DNA from: Iphione sp. A-MEVVRFRX5
Taxonomy: Eukaryota
DNA length: 64,000 bases
Assembly: GCA_976226885.1 (NCBI GenBank)
Contig: OZ320318.1
Location: forward strand, 34,286,001 to 34,350,000
Direction: 5' to 3'
Shown: piece after piece, positions 13,501-26,914 of the stretch
Position numbering within the stretch: the stretch's first letter is position 1
Layout: the number at the start of each line of letters is the position of its first letter
Translations under genes and position numbers: made by a program
Notes under the pieces: model-generated
Seen by the model: only the letters and a program-made list of their open reading frames with translations
The model's database searches: none
What the model was told of the DNA's origin: nothing

Positions 13501-16388
13501 GGGAGGAACTCGGGAGGACTGGGGGGTGGGGGTTAGAGAGGGTGGATCAACGGACTGCATTGAGAAGACAACCAAGGGGGTGGTCCTCCAAGGACCCATT
13601 CTACATCCCCTATCCCCCTGCCTGCACCCAAATACATACTTAGCCTCTAACCCCAACCGATCCTGCCATTTCCCTGCATGGAGAGATTTCCATTCCAGAT
13701 GCCGACGCACTATCTCCCCTGTCTCTGTCTGCCCGCCCCATGATAGGGCCCGTGAGCTTTTAAAGTTACTGTCATCTGTCACTGTCAACCTTGAACACTA
13801 ACAGTGAGCGGGTGACCTTAGAATTCGCCCGCCTCTCGAAACGTTGCATCGACCAAGCGAGTTGGACAGGCAGCTTTGTACGGCGGTGTCACCTTTGACT
13901 GGGAGGACCTACCCTATTGGGGAGCAGAGCTGTGAAACTCGGTATCAGATGTCACATTTCACAGCGAATGTCTTATGTGTCAGTGCATTTGCTGCAGCCC
14001 GTCGCACTCTTTACCCTTAGATCCGTGTCGAGAGGTGTCCTTTGAGAGCACATGTACATACACACGCCTTTAAGGATGTAATAAGGTATCAGTCCAAGTT
14101 GGCTTAAATCGTATTCTGAATTGTGTATTCGATATCTAGACACTATTCTGTGTGTTGATCTCAGATTCCCAATGCAGCACATGGTACCGGCCTCCGAACT
14201 CCGTATACAAAAAGCCTCCCATCTGAGTTTGGTTGTCTGAGGAAGGAATGTTATCTTATAGGACTGCGTGTCATCCATCACCGCTCTGCTGTCACATTGA
14301 ATAAGACAGCTAAACGTCCGTAGACAGATGCCACCGATCTACTGTCAGACTCAGAGACATAGCCACCTTCACTGAACAGGCGTTAGGTATCCCGGTATCC
14401 CTGTGCAGCACTGTCATACGCGATATGACCAATGTCTGATGCCTTCCATATTGGCCAGTAAAAGGAGGGGGGTGTCAGTGTCACCCACAGAGGCACTCAC
14501 AGACACAACACACATACACTTACACGTCTATATGAACCCATAAGAAACGACTTGTTATTGAAAGACACTAACCCCATTCTATTCTCATAACGATGGCCGG
14601 ATGCCACATATATTTCACATTTCTTTCATATGAACTACTTTACCTTACGTTCGTGGAGATATTCCTTTCTTAGATCGGTACAGATCTCGATAGCAAAGGT
14701 TTACGCTTTCGACGATGATACCTTCAATCGCCCGCCATGCGTACATATAAATTCACCTGTATCTTTCTTGTTCTAACTCATCTGCAGTAATGCACACACC
14801 TCACTTCTCTCATCCAGTCCACCCGTGCCGTGCACATTCCCATGGGAAGCGCATTTTACAGGATTAGTAACCGGGCCTTCCATTATGGGATAACACCTTT
14901 TACCACGTTCCTAACAATCCTCCTACGCCGCCACCTTATGTTTTCCCGCGTGGATCATCGACAAGATGTGGATTTGCTTGCTGGATGTGATCCAAACTGG
15001 GTGGCTTCTCAGTGTCTTGCAGGCCTGCTTCATTTGCGTTGAAGCTATGTCAGCGAATGTGTATGTGCACGTACATAGTTATAATTATGCACCTTTTGTA
15101 TCCATTGTCTTGGAACCCACCCGAACACATAATACCTGTATACATTTTTATGTATACAGTTTATTCTTTCAACGAACACTGCCTTATAGAACACGCACGA
15201 AAGTGTATCCCTGCACATAAGCTTTCTTACTGCTAGTCTTTGATGGCTGCAAAATGAATGAATGTGCTGAATATTTTCCTTTAATTTGTGATCTTTTCAG
15301 TTAAGGAAGTCTGACATTTTGCTGTTGTAAAAACGTGCGTGGCGTTTTATGAAGGAAGATGATTTCTTGTTTCTCTACAGAATGGTCCAAGTAAAATATA
15401 GTCTTGACTGTCAGGTATCTTCTGTCTAGACATAAGGGAACGTTTATTCAATTTATGTGTACATTTCTGTATGAATGTATATTAAGATCATTTTTGGGGT
15501 ATAAGCGAACGACTGAAAAAACAAGTTATTATCATTATTACAAATTACCGTAAGCCGATCTTTTTATCAATATGGAAACCCTTAGTAATTTTCATTAAGA
15601 TGGTTAAGGGAAAGAAGGAGCTGGTTCCTTCGGATTTAGTTACATTCTAGGGTTATTCAGCTGCTATGAGCTCCTGGCGTTGTTATTGAATGCACTAAAA
15701 AGCCAGGAGACGGACTCCTGCTATCAGTATCTCCCTTCCACATACTTTATTTAGAAGGTGTTTTACTCGAAGGTTTTATTGGACTGTTTTCTTGGTGAAG
15801 GTCCCCAAAGCGCACAGGGTACATTTCAACAGTGACTGTCTCCTCCTGTAAACATGCAGTGATTCTTAATTTAGCTGTCAGCCACAGGTGTACCCGCTGA
15901 ACAGAATACTGAGTCAGATTGTAACGGACTCCGCAAATTGTTTACTAAAGGTGAAAAACGGTAGGTTTTGCCTTCATAGACAGGACTGGGTGGTGACTGA
16001 TGCCGGAAACACTCGGCTGTCTTGTTTTGCGCTTGTGCGGCGAAAATGACATCAAAAACCTGTGGGTACGCGGTCGAATCCCAAACAGGAGAACATTTGC
16101 GACCGTTTTCTGAGCAATGGCAGACAGAGAGGGAAAATTCTCAGACTGTGGAAATAGCCAAAGAGCGTCCGGTCCTCCATGGCGTCTGTTTCAACATTTT
16201 TGTTGCCTTCGATGGAACCACCAAAGTAAAAAGTGTTTTGGAATCTGTCAGAAACGCATGGAATTCGACAGAATCTTCGTGTGTCGGTTGTACTGTGACG
16301 TTACAGCCTGGCCGACAGTAAACAAATGTCGCCTGCTACAGTATCCCCATGCGCGCGCTTTTTAAGAGCGTCTTCCGCGCGGAATGTC

Positions 16389-16721
16389 ATGGCGTCCTTT
16401 GTCTACGAGAGGAATGATCTCCAACTGAAGAAACACTACTACCTCTGCGGGAGATTATTTGCTCCTTGGGGAGAGAAAATGCTACTTAAAGAAACCCGAA
16501 AGAAATATAAAATGGTCGTCCCGGTATCAAAAGTACCGGTACTGACACGGAAAGACTTCCACGCCCCACGCAGACATCGGTGCATAATCCCTACTTATGA
16601 ATGGCCATAAACACGCTTTGATGGATATAGACAAGTTGATGTATGTAAAAATCTAGGCCGCCACTGGAACGTAGAGGCGGGTACATGGGAAAGCACTATA
16701 TTCCATATTGGCGCGAGATAG
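16389..16721 (+). pseudogene. ORF-b remnant: MASFVYERND...LFAPWGEKMLL...YEWP*TRFDGYRQVDVCKNLGRHWNVEAGTWESTIFHIGAR*
   Basis: The protein-like frame continues in register through a single TAA (16608-16610) to TAG at about 16719-16721. The Kozak context is good. Confidence 0.45.
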
Positions 16722-16943
16722 TAGGTCAAAAGAGGACTGCTACGAAGGTAGCGAGAGCTGCGTAGCAACACGGTCATCCTCTCAACATCATCTCTCAAGT
16801 GAAAACAATTAAATCAAATTAGCTACAACTTCAAAGGCTCTAGCATGCATAAATTTTAGAGTTTCCTCGTCGCGACCAAGAAATCAAAGCCATGTTTACC
16901 GCAGTCGATGGACAATTAACTTTATTAAGCTCATTTCATGCAG

Positions 16944-17470
16944 TCATCGTGGGGGCCTTATATCCTCCCAGGATAAGCCTAATATCTCATTCTCCCTCAT
17001 CATCCTTCTCTCACGCCCCGTATCCCTGCCTGCCCTAACCATATTAAATAAAAGGCTGACTAAAAGACCCCGAGGCAGTCCAGGCTCGGTACCTCTCGGA
17101 AGTAGGCTTTGAATGATATCAACAGTTTGATCTATTTCATTAGTAATTTGGGTCGAATTTATATTGCCGAGTTGAGGTGATTCTAAAATCTCGCTTTCCG
17201 TCACAGGTGTGCGGTTCCAGTGGTATTTTTCTATATTAAATTTATGGTACGGCGTCATCCAGGTCTGAAAATCACTTTCAATAAGACAAGGAGGCATCAG
17301 TCCATTAGATTAGGGGCACAATGTGATTTTCACTGCGGCCCTACATTATGCACGTTCCTTGGTCGCTTGGTGTTCACTGTTTCTAATAAACGTCACTTTA
17401 GGCGACAGGGCCTCCTGGCGGCAGTCCGCCGAGTGGGCTTTCGTGCCGTGGTAACGGGTACGAACTGACA
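16944..17470 (-). pseudogene. ORF-c remnant (117-aa open part 17297->16944, extends upstream in frame through two stops: ...YHGTKAHSADCRQEALSPKVTFIRNSEHQATKERA*CRA...)
   Basis: Globular-looking composition, intronless, with a polyadenylation hexamer 17 nt after the stop. Confidence 0.4.
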
Positions 17471-18861
17471 GTGGGGTGGATTGGGTGTGTGTGTTAAAAG
17501 AGGTGGTAAGAGATGATTGTTGTTGTCACCGTCACATTACCACACTTCCCCAGTGGTAGAAAGTCACACCACAGTTGACGGCTCTGTGCGTCATTTACAC
17601 CTGTCGGTTGAGCAGACGACTTTCCGTTCCCATTTCAGATCTCCTATTGTTGCGAAGAAAAGTCCAACAGAAGTGGCAACTTGACCGAACGGCTGCATGA
17701 TCGGTTCTCAGAAATGAGACATTTTAGGTGGATGATTGCAAGAGCAAGCATTGCTCTGTGTGAAAGGAATCGTGACATGATCATCGATTGACACAGAAAC
17801 ATAATATAAACACGCCTTCTTATAAATACATATGCACGTCCACGGTTATACACTTGCACGTTATTCCTGCATAAAAGTGTACTACATACTTTGTCACATA
17901 CTGTATGCATTTCCATGTAAACATAATAATTTCATGCTTATGTATGCTTAGGGAGAATTACGTGGACATATATTCACAGGTGCATTATTATTCTAGTTAT
18001 CATCTACATGGTCGCAATACGTTTCCCATCAGAATGAAATGTGCCTGCTCTCCTGGTTCCTCGCTCGATTAACAATACTAACACTCTGCTGTCATGTTGG
18101 ACACTTGTTAATTGCCGTGTGCAACAGGAGCTTGGCACAAATAAAGCTACATCACGAATGGGGAAAATCTCAAAACATTAATATTTGTCATCCGTTGACA
18201 GCTGGAACAAAGTAAGAACCAAAATTTGAGAAAGAACGATGGTGATTAAAGAGACACACACAAAAAGACCTGAATCCACAAGTGCTGATAAGACAATATT
18301 AAAATCAAATCACGTGATACCGGCTAACAAGTTAACATTGCGGTGTGCCTGTAATGTGATTGAGAGATAAACCGTTACATGATTATTATTCAAGCATTAC
18401 CCAATTAAGAAAGGAACACCTAAACTTACGGGTACCATTTGCACACGTTTTCATTGAAAAGAAAACTCGTCCCGTCAAGGTGCCACTGTACAGGGTTCAT
18501 GTTATCTTTTGTGACCGTTTAATCGATAAATAATGGCAGGCCAAGGTAGGGAGTTTGTTTTCTTTCACTGAACGAGCTAGATAAACAGGAACCAGGTCGT
18601 AGTCACGTGGAAAGTAGCCGGTCGTCTTCTACCCGATCACACGCAACGTCTTCCCTCCCGTAGCGACATCTATCGTCGTTCATCATCCGCGCATTGTCAG
18701 CGTTCGTGAGTCACGTGATGGATTCGGTCATTAAAACCAGACGACTTTTGTCCGCATCGGACAGCGACGTGTATTTAGGCGGGAAAGGTGGTCGACCAAA
18801 AGAACCCACCGCCGTTGAGAGATCCTGGTTCAAGCACTGGTCACTCATAGATTAGAACCCA

Positions 18862-18919
18862 GATGGGGTTCTCCATTTGTGAAAAGGAAGGATGGGGTTC
18901 TCCATTGGTGAAAAGGAAG
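18862..18919. repeat. 29-bp tandem duplication GATGGGGTTCTCCATT(T/G)GTGAAAAGGAAG
   Basis: Two copies with one mismatch. Confidence 0.95.
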
Positions 18920-21900
18920 GAAGGAGGGTGGTAAACGAAGTAGTCTAGTTAGGTATATTGCCATTCCTTTTGGCATTTAAAAGGCGAACGGAAATGTGAA
19001 GAATTTGATAGAGCTTAGCAATAAACATGCCCACAGGCATAGCCCCATTGAAGTCAGCTTGGACGCAGTGAAGTAGAACTGGGGGCGACGGTTCATATAT
19101 GGTAAATCCGCGTTTGAGGCTAACCACTGAAACTCTATATTGCTCTTTGATCTTTCTGATCATGTAGCATATTTTGTGTTCTCAACAGACCGCCCATCCT
19201 GAAATGTACGTATGTATGACTACCACCATTATTTGTGATTATCTATACCAAGATGAGGAAGACATTGACTTACGACTTAGAGCGAGTGCCCACTTGTTAT
19301 TTTGAATAGCAGTCCATAAATTTGTGACGTTGCGTCCTTATGTAACTTGAAGTTTCCTATTTACGATACGTTAATCCTGGTCTGACGTAGACTTATTTTC
19401 CGGCGTGATAAAAACGCTTTTTACAGGTTTCCGTCATGGGCGCCTATCCAGCGTGGCGTCGAACGTCGCCCCGGGAGTTTTATCTCGCCTCCTTCGATGG
19501 AGAGCGACCGCCGGGGCTGATGGGAGCGGAAGGGCCCATTATTGGTAGGGATTAAGGGCTTCTCCAGGGGGTTATTGTGTTTACCTGTAATTGGCTCATC
19601 ACTCAGGTGCCAGGCAGGTGATAAAATAACCCTCTAATGACACACGCGGGGGGAAAAGGACAAGCGAGCTAAAAATAGACGGGAGGTATCCCAGGCGTTT
19701 GCTCGCTCGCTCCGTCCGTCGGACGACAGTCCACGTACCGCCCGGCTCGTTCCGTTTGCAGCATAATGACTTTGTACCGGAAGAGGTGACTCCAAACGAA
19801 ACCCCTTAAGTGGATGCCTTGGATCCTATCTGTCCCCTGTCGGTCACAGGGACTGCCTTGCGAGAGACAGTCTCGCTCATTAGAGATAGTGGTGACCCAG
19901 TAGGATACAGTACGGCAATAGTTGGAAATATAGGACCCCTCGAGTGGGTGGATATAAATCGAAAGAATGGATGGGAATTAAACAATGCAGGTTGGAAGGG
20001 TAATCTCCTTATACCCCGGAGGATAATTCAATCCGTCCTTTTGCGTCCTGTCACTTGGTCCGGTTTATCGTATCCTTCCTTACCACCTTTACCCCTTCCT
20101 TTTCCAATTGATTATATATATTTAAGATTCACTCTGATTTGTTAATCTCGACCCATCATTCATTTTTTCCCTGTTTCTAGGCTTTATTTCGCCCCTTCGA
20201 CTGGGTTCCCCCTTTGACATTCCATCCCTACATGTGAATACATGTACTTCTGTCCGGTGTGTTCAGGTAACACGCTTTCATAAAAGGAAGCTACGATCCA
20301 TCAGAGAAAAACTTGAATCGTGATCTTTCTTCTTAAGACGACCACATGGGGATCATAGGACCAGTAACATCTTTTAACAGGGTGCAGGAAAGGATGGACC
20401 ACAAAAGGATCACGGGAAGCGGCTCCATCCGCGAAAGTGCAGGGTAACTTCCGGTTTGGTCCGGCAGGCAAGCCCCACTAGCACGACAGCGATGGAGGGA
20501 GGGGGTACAGGTGGGTGGGTGAGTGGTAGGGTGGGGGGCTGTAATAGGGTGTGCGTTAAGTAGAAGGTGAGAGAACATGACAAGCCAGCAAAAGATAGCC
20601 AGAGTCTCTGATGAAAAGATGGAGTTGGTAGAAAGGACCAGGAAAGGCTGGGTGAAGAATAAAAGAAGATAAAAGGGAACAGGTGAGGATAAGAAGGATT
20701 TTGATACCCACAGGTGGTAGGTAGTCCTGTGAAGGTGATACATGGTTGTAGGAAGGACGGGAGAATGGGTGGGTGCATGAAGAGATGGATGATTGGGTGG
20801 GTTGACCGGTGGCTAGGCGAGACTGAGGCACTACAAAGGAGGCTCGGTGTGCACCGTAAGGTGCCCCACCTCTTATCTAGTGTGACTAATTCAGTGCCGT
20901 TGTCATGGAGACGCCCCCTCAGACACTTCAACGCGTGACGGATCGTTTCATGACAATCCAATTCCCTCCCCCCCCAACAAACTACCATCACCTTAAACCC
21001 CCATCCACCCACAACCATTACTATGATCACCACCCGCCACGCTCCCTCATTTCACTACTGAACAAGTAGTAGAGGGAGCCACTAGCCAGCATTTTACTGT
21101 CATCGCCACCGCCAACCGAAGCAGACCCACCCAGGCCTATAGGACGGTTCACACTTAGCTCTGGGCGATATATCATACATGCGATATAAGGTTATCTTGT
21201 CCCGTGAGAAAGCTGCCGAGGCCCTTCTCCTGCGGGGTCTAATGAGGCGCTGATAGATGTTGTCTTCAAAGAGGCAGTTTAGAAGGGCGGAGGATACCAT
21301 TTTCCTCTACGTCTTCTTCGGTAGCAGTAGCAGTAGTTGGTATCAGTTAGGGGAATGTTTTGAACACGTAGCTTGTGAGTAGCTTTAAAAAATCAGTTGA
21401 AATCACATTTACCGCTTATAGAAAATGGCGTGAATATTGTTCACTTTCACATGCCGCAGTAAACCAGGACATGCATCAGATAGGTATGCTTTGAAAGGGG
21501 GCCGGGTTGTGCTCCAGTCTTATGCTCCAATGATGGACGATTTGGGTAAGAACCAGCGGCGTCCTTAAGCATGGAAAAAACAAATTTGTTTTCGTCATAA
21601 ATGTTAATGAAGCAGTAAAATGTCATCATAGAAGTTGACATGGATGATGCCAACTGAGAAATTAAACATGTTAAAGATGACACAATAGGTTCACAGTGTG
21701 GGTGCGACTAACACAATTATCGAAAAGACTATATCTGGTATGTCACAAAGTTAAGTTGGTTATGAACTGTGAGGTAGACATCCATAAAGATACTTTCGTT
21801 TAGTCAAGACTCAGGACTTGATGAGTCTGCCGTGTACGTTGTGTGACTATTGAGGGCACCCTTCATCTAGATCTAAATAGCACATTCAAGCTATTGCATG

Positions 21901-24107
21901 GTGCTTGATATATTCATATAAGACTGAAAGCTACCTCAGCACTGATCATCCGCACCGTCCGTGGTGACTGCACCTTTCTAAAGTCGGATTACCATTGCCT
22001 CCTACGCTGCTACCCTCTCAGACCTTGCTGTCAGCTCAGCCCATACCCTATGGACCATCCGTCCCGCAACAGTCTTCACATGTCTACTTGTTTCTTATCC
22101 CTCTCTGTCCGCCTTCCTTCGTTCCCAACCGACCGCTCCCATACACACTCTCCACCCTGGGTAGGTACCAGTTGCCCCCCCCTCCTCCCACTCGCCCTGC
22201 TCTACCCCCTCTGCCCGTCCTTTCTCCCACGCAGCCCATCCACCTGGAGCCAATGTCGACTCCTGGTGACAGGCGCGACCCTCGGCTGTCGATACCCAGG
22301 TGGCGACTTTCCTCCAGGATCAGGCCTGACGCCCAATTAGCTTTCAGTCAATTGGCGGAATTGGCAAGGTACGAGATGAACGCAATGCCCTGATCCTCAA
22401 CCCCTTCCTCTCATCATAGCCACAAGGACAGACCCATGGGTTAGCTGATTGCCCTCATTCTGCCATCTTCTCCTGTTTTTTCCATGTTGTATTATTCTGT
22501 AAATCTGTTCATTTTAGAGATTGCATTTCTGTATCAAGTCCTCGCTGTGAGTCTCGCTTCTTTCTGAGGGATATTGTCCGTTGGTCCGCAGATCAGTTGT
22601 TCATGAGTTACATGAATATACCCCGACCAGTCCATAAATGTAAGAACTAACTGAGCACTCTGCTCGGCTCTTAGAATGGAGGTTTGCAGAGAAAGATGAA
22701 TGAATGGACGGTGGGCGTTCTACGGCATAGGGGCAGCCAAAGCAAATTTCCCCAAGAAGCCACATGGCTTCCAATTAAGGCAGACGGCCTCAAATAGGCG
22801 TCACTGACATGATTAATTTCTAATGACTTGGATCATTTACTGCCATTTATCCTTTTAACGTGCCCCCATTTTTAAATACCTTTTGCACGTTACTCTAAAA
22901 TGAAACCCCATAAAGCGTTTGTCATATTATTAATCCTGTCTTTTCTTATTTTCAGGTAAGTGTTTCGATTTCCAACTTTAAACAGACGGGGTAAGAAAGA
23001 AAAACAGTTCCTCACAGGTAGGTCTATAATAAGGCAATGCCGCAGCGGTGGAAGGTCCATGAAGGCCCGGCTTTAGTAAACAGCACGTTTCACAAACAGT
23101 CCAAGCCATGCGAAAATATGAGTACGATTGCGGGCTGCTATTGTGGACTCGGGAAGAACTGCCAGCATTTCAAGGTTGTCCCTCACGGAGAACAAATAAT
23201 AAGAAAAGACATTTGATGCGACGTGTCCGCATTGCCCTTCGTGGTTGGTCTGCTTAGGCCCATGTATAGTTGGTATGTGTCAAATGACTTTACGAAATAC
23301 AAGGTTTGTTTGTAGAATTTACTTCCTATAATAACTCCCTGGTATGAATGGTAGCGGAGGCTAGCCGTGCCAGTTCTACTCTGAGATATGGCATAGCCGG
23401 TTCTGCTGGAAGTCAGCCCTGTTGGCAGTTGTCAATAACCGCCTGACAGGTTGAGCATGCAGTATGTCCAGGCTTATCCTGCTATAGTGACGTCTTTCTT
23501 TGGGTACCAAAAAATAAAGACCAAAAGGTTTATATGCTGTTTAGATAGAATATGATTTAGACACGGAAAAGTAGACCAAACACAATTATGAAATGTTTTG
23601 TGGGGTTTATCTTATCGCAGTTAACCGCGTGGCTGTATGTCTCTTTTCTTATAAACTCGGCGCGCTTTAGAGATTGCTGTTTTAGGCGGAGTGTTGTCAT
23701 CGTCCTGGGAGGCATCTCATGTCTACTCCCTCCACACTGCAGGCCCGGTGTTAGTAAGGGGGGCATCGTGAGGAATGAACGTATCATCCTCCTACCCACA
23801 CATATTGAGGCACATCTAAAGGAGGGGGCAAAAACACCAACACCGCCTCGCTGAATCCTCTAGTCGCAAAAAAGAACGTCTGAAATGCCTTAGCTGCTCT
23901 TGGTTTCTTCTTCAGACTGCGTGAAGTAATTCAATCGCGGCGGATCGTTTTTATTTGGCTTTTAATCCGCCGCCCCCTAGCGTGTAGTCTGTAGTCTTGG
24001 GGAAGACGGGCGATATCTGAACGATCGGGGAGCAGCTCAGCACTATCTCCATGTCAGAGTGAGTTACTCTCGACCCACCGAGCTGGAGGAGGCGGAGGGG
24101 AGTCCAG

Positions 24108-24172
24108 CTGTGTGTGTGTGTGCGTGTGTGTGCGTGTGTGTGTACACGTGTGTATGTGTCTGCATGTGTATG
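24108..24172. repeat. Imperfect (GT)n/(GTGC) microsatellite
   Basis: Direct reading. Confidence 0.85.
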
Positions 24173-26840
24173 TGACTGTGGGATCGTGATGGATGGGGTC
24201 TAAGTCTGCCCAGCTTATCTACGGTAGCTCTGATGTAGGGCTGTGTCTTTCTTATTTCATGACGGACATAAATTAAAGATAACCCAGCTCCTAAGGCCAC
24301 CCAGCCTGATGGTTTTAGTCATAACAGCACTCCAATCACAAGCACGACGACTTGGCTCCGTCCCTATCCCGCTTGCTACAAGAAAAAATCCCATAAATTA
24401 CTCTCGGCATCAGCATACATATATATACATAGATATATATGTACACACACTTCAGGTATATATCGGTATCGTGAAGGGGCCTAGCAGTCGCCTGAATGAT
24501 TCTCTCCTTTGTCAGTCCTCTCTTTAAGCTAGCTTTGATTTACACACAACTCACCGTGGAACGAAGTTTTCAAGATTTTTAGGTGGAGGAGAAGCTCTCA
24601 ACCATGACAAAACAAAGTTAGTAGAGCAACGGACGAAGTACTTGTGGGGAATTATGATAAGTGCTGGATACTTATCTAACACGACAGGGACAAGGGGGCG
24701 GCTGGAAGGCTGCAGCAAAGCTCACTTTGATCTGATGTTTTTGATAAAACTAGAAATTTCAGGTCGACTAGTTTAATGAAACAGGCAGCTTGATAAAGAC
24801 TTATTACGAAATGTGGGAGAAACTACAAGTACATATGTTATATGTTTATCAGCTGTGGTATATTTTTGCACATATAAAAAAAGCATAACCCCACAGCAAT
24901 AATCCTCAGTCGTAATGATATGCCCTTTTTTATGCTCAATAATAAATACTATACTTTTCTAAAATCACATCATTTTGAGATAAGACCTACATGGGCCTGG
25001 CTTACTTTCAGGCAACGTTTTATATATTTAATAAAGTAACAAGAAGCCTCTGGTAGTTACAAAAGTTTTGACAAGAAGGCGGGTTCAGTTTGTGATTGGA
25101 TTCAACATGACATGTGTTATACAGACCGAAACAGTATTTTCTCTGAGAAGACGAATACAGAACATAATACCACGCAGAACATTACGTCAGTTATTGTACC
25201 ATTGAAAAAATGTGGTGATTTATTTGTAAGTTCAATCCCGTCTCCATGTCACCTGTCTGCTATTGAATAGAGTTTTAAAAAAATCTGAGACATCTCAGTG
25301 GCATGTCAACCTCACGCGAGGCGCTTATTTGCCAATTAGATGCTTGTAAGAGGTTCGATCTCTAGTCTGTAGGGGGCTCCTAATCAGTTGATGGCTGGAT
25401 TATGTTACTGTCGTGGCAGCTTATCACAACAGGGCATTGTGTGCACGATCATAAACGTGAGCCTGTGAACTGTCCTTGCATTCACATGAAGTGTCATCTC
25501 ATAAAGTGCCAAACAAGCAGATACGCCGTTATATATTTGTAAACGTATCACGGAAATGCCAATATGCCCGCACCCTATTCCTCTGAGTAATTGACTTTAA
25601 ATATAACCTACTTTTACTTTATATGCTTTATTAACAACGATTTGAGGTCGCCATTAAAATATTTCTGTGAAAAGACGTAAACATGTAATTATGGACATTC
25701 ATTAATGAGTACAGAAGCATAATGTTCCATGAGTGATGAGACAAAAAAGATTCCCCTGGGTCATCGGCTGCCCCCACACAAACAAGAAGACACCGTCGCT
25801 TGGCACTTGACGTGGACTCTTGGTGGCAATTTCCCAAAAGTAGGTAAAGTGTAACTGGCTGGGCCTGGAGTGGTGAGGTGAGAGGAGATGGAAGGAGACC
25901 TACAAGATGGCGCTGTCCCCCTCTCAGTGCTCCTTGACCCATTTACCAGGTAACTTCTTCCTCCACTGGATCTGCCCAGTAGTTCACTCTTGGCCTAAGG
26001 ATGGATCGTATAGGATTCCTCCCTCTAGTTTAGATCTCCTGACATATGTGCCCATGCACCGTTTGTCCTTGTGCTCACAGGTTTGTGTTGTTTTAGACAG
26101 AGATCCGAAATGATACTTTGTAACCACTGCTGATAAATTAGGATTTCAAGACAGACCTTGTATCATAGATATAAATGTTCGTGTATACGTCATTATCTAG
26201 TCAGGCCCGGTCTGTATGTCGTCGTCTGTGTCGCTCGGTCCATACTTCTCGCTTCCGTTGAATAAATAGACTCATATCCCTAAACCATCCCTCCCACTTC
26301 GTGTTTTGTAACATTGACTTTGGCTGCTACGTGCCCTTTTTGATCATGTGTACAAATTAAGGAGGGCTCATTTATTTACATGTAATGAGCATTTGTTTTG
26401 CCTTGAATGTAATATGCATGCGTGGCCGCGCGGCTACCTCAGATTTATTTATTGATATCAAACAGAGGAGGGGCTACACGCCCACGAACACACAAACACG
26501 ACGATACACACAAACATATCAGGTCGTTCACCCAGAACCCGAGCTGCTGAAGAAACCCAAGTGTTCCCCTTTGCCGCTCGTCACGTAAACACAGGCTCTC
26601 CCGTTATCAGGGGGCTGGTAAGATAGTGGCACGACCCTGGAGTGCCTCTGCTCGTGCTGCCTCTGGCGGCAGTCTCGAGAAGCAGCCATATGGGTAGTTG
26701 TTGTCTGCACGTGGGTCCTTAGGGCAGGGTGATTGGAAGCTAGGGAGAATCCTAATATCTTCAGCCCCCCCCACCGTCTTTTGATTAGCTCTCTGCCTGT
26801 CTGTCGGCCTATTTTTTGTCCGACCATCACTCCGTCCCCC

Positions 26841-26873
26841 CTTTCTCTTTCTCTCTTTTTGTCTGTCTGTCTG

Positions 26874-26912
<39 letters not shown>
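26841..26912. repeat. Compound (CTGT)n/(CT)n microsatellite
   Basis: Direct reading. Confidence 0.9.

Positions 26913-26914
<2 letters not shown>

Larger units (their letters stand above)
15915..17470. mobile_element. Decayed cluster of three compact intronless ORFs, candidate Polinton/Maverick (adintovirus-like) accessory-gene fragment
   Basis: Microsatellite-free, coding-like block. ORF-a is on the minus strand from ATG 16180 (gacgccATGG), with TGA after 42 codons. ORF-b is on the plus strand from ATG 16389 (gtcATGG), with an internal TAA at 16608. ORF-c is on the minus strand ending at 16944, with AATAAA at 16926-16921. The family call rests on recalled resemblance only; no core polB/integrase/capsid gene is seen. 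Confidence 0.45.

Noticed and set aside
18770-18845. B-box-like GGTTCAAG suggesting a tRNA/SINE head (similar GGTTCGA at about 7207 and 25350)
   Set aside because: No convincing A-box, cloverleaf or repeated copies in the window.
19832-19876. Two adjacent short hairpins (GTCCCCTGT/ACAGGGAC; GCGAGA/TCTCGC)
   Set aside because: Stems of 6-8 bp are expected by chance in 64 kb, and there is no supporting element context.
20333-21033. ORFs of 136 and 207 aa rich in H/P/S
   Set aside because: Translations of low-complexity G/purine-rich repeats.
24661-24735. VLDTYLTRQGQGGGW as a candidate Eph exon 2
   Set aside because: Poor acceptor, no donor, and it runs into a stop.
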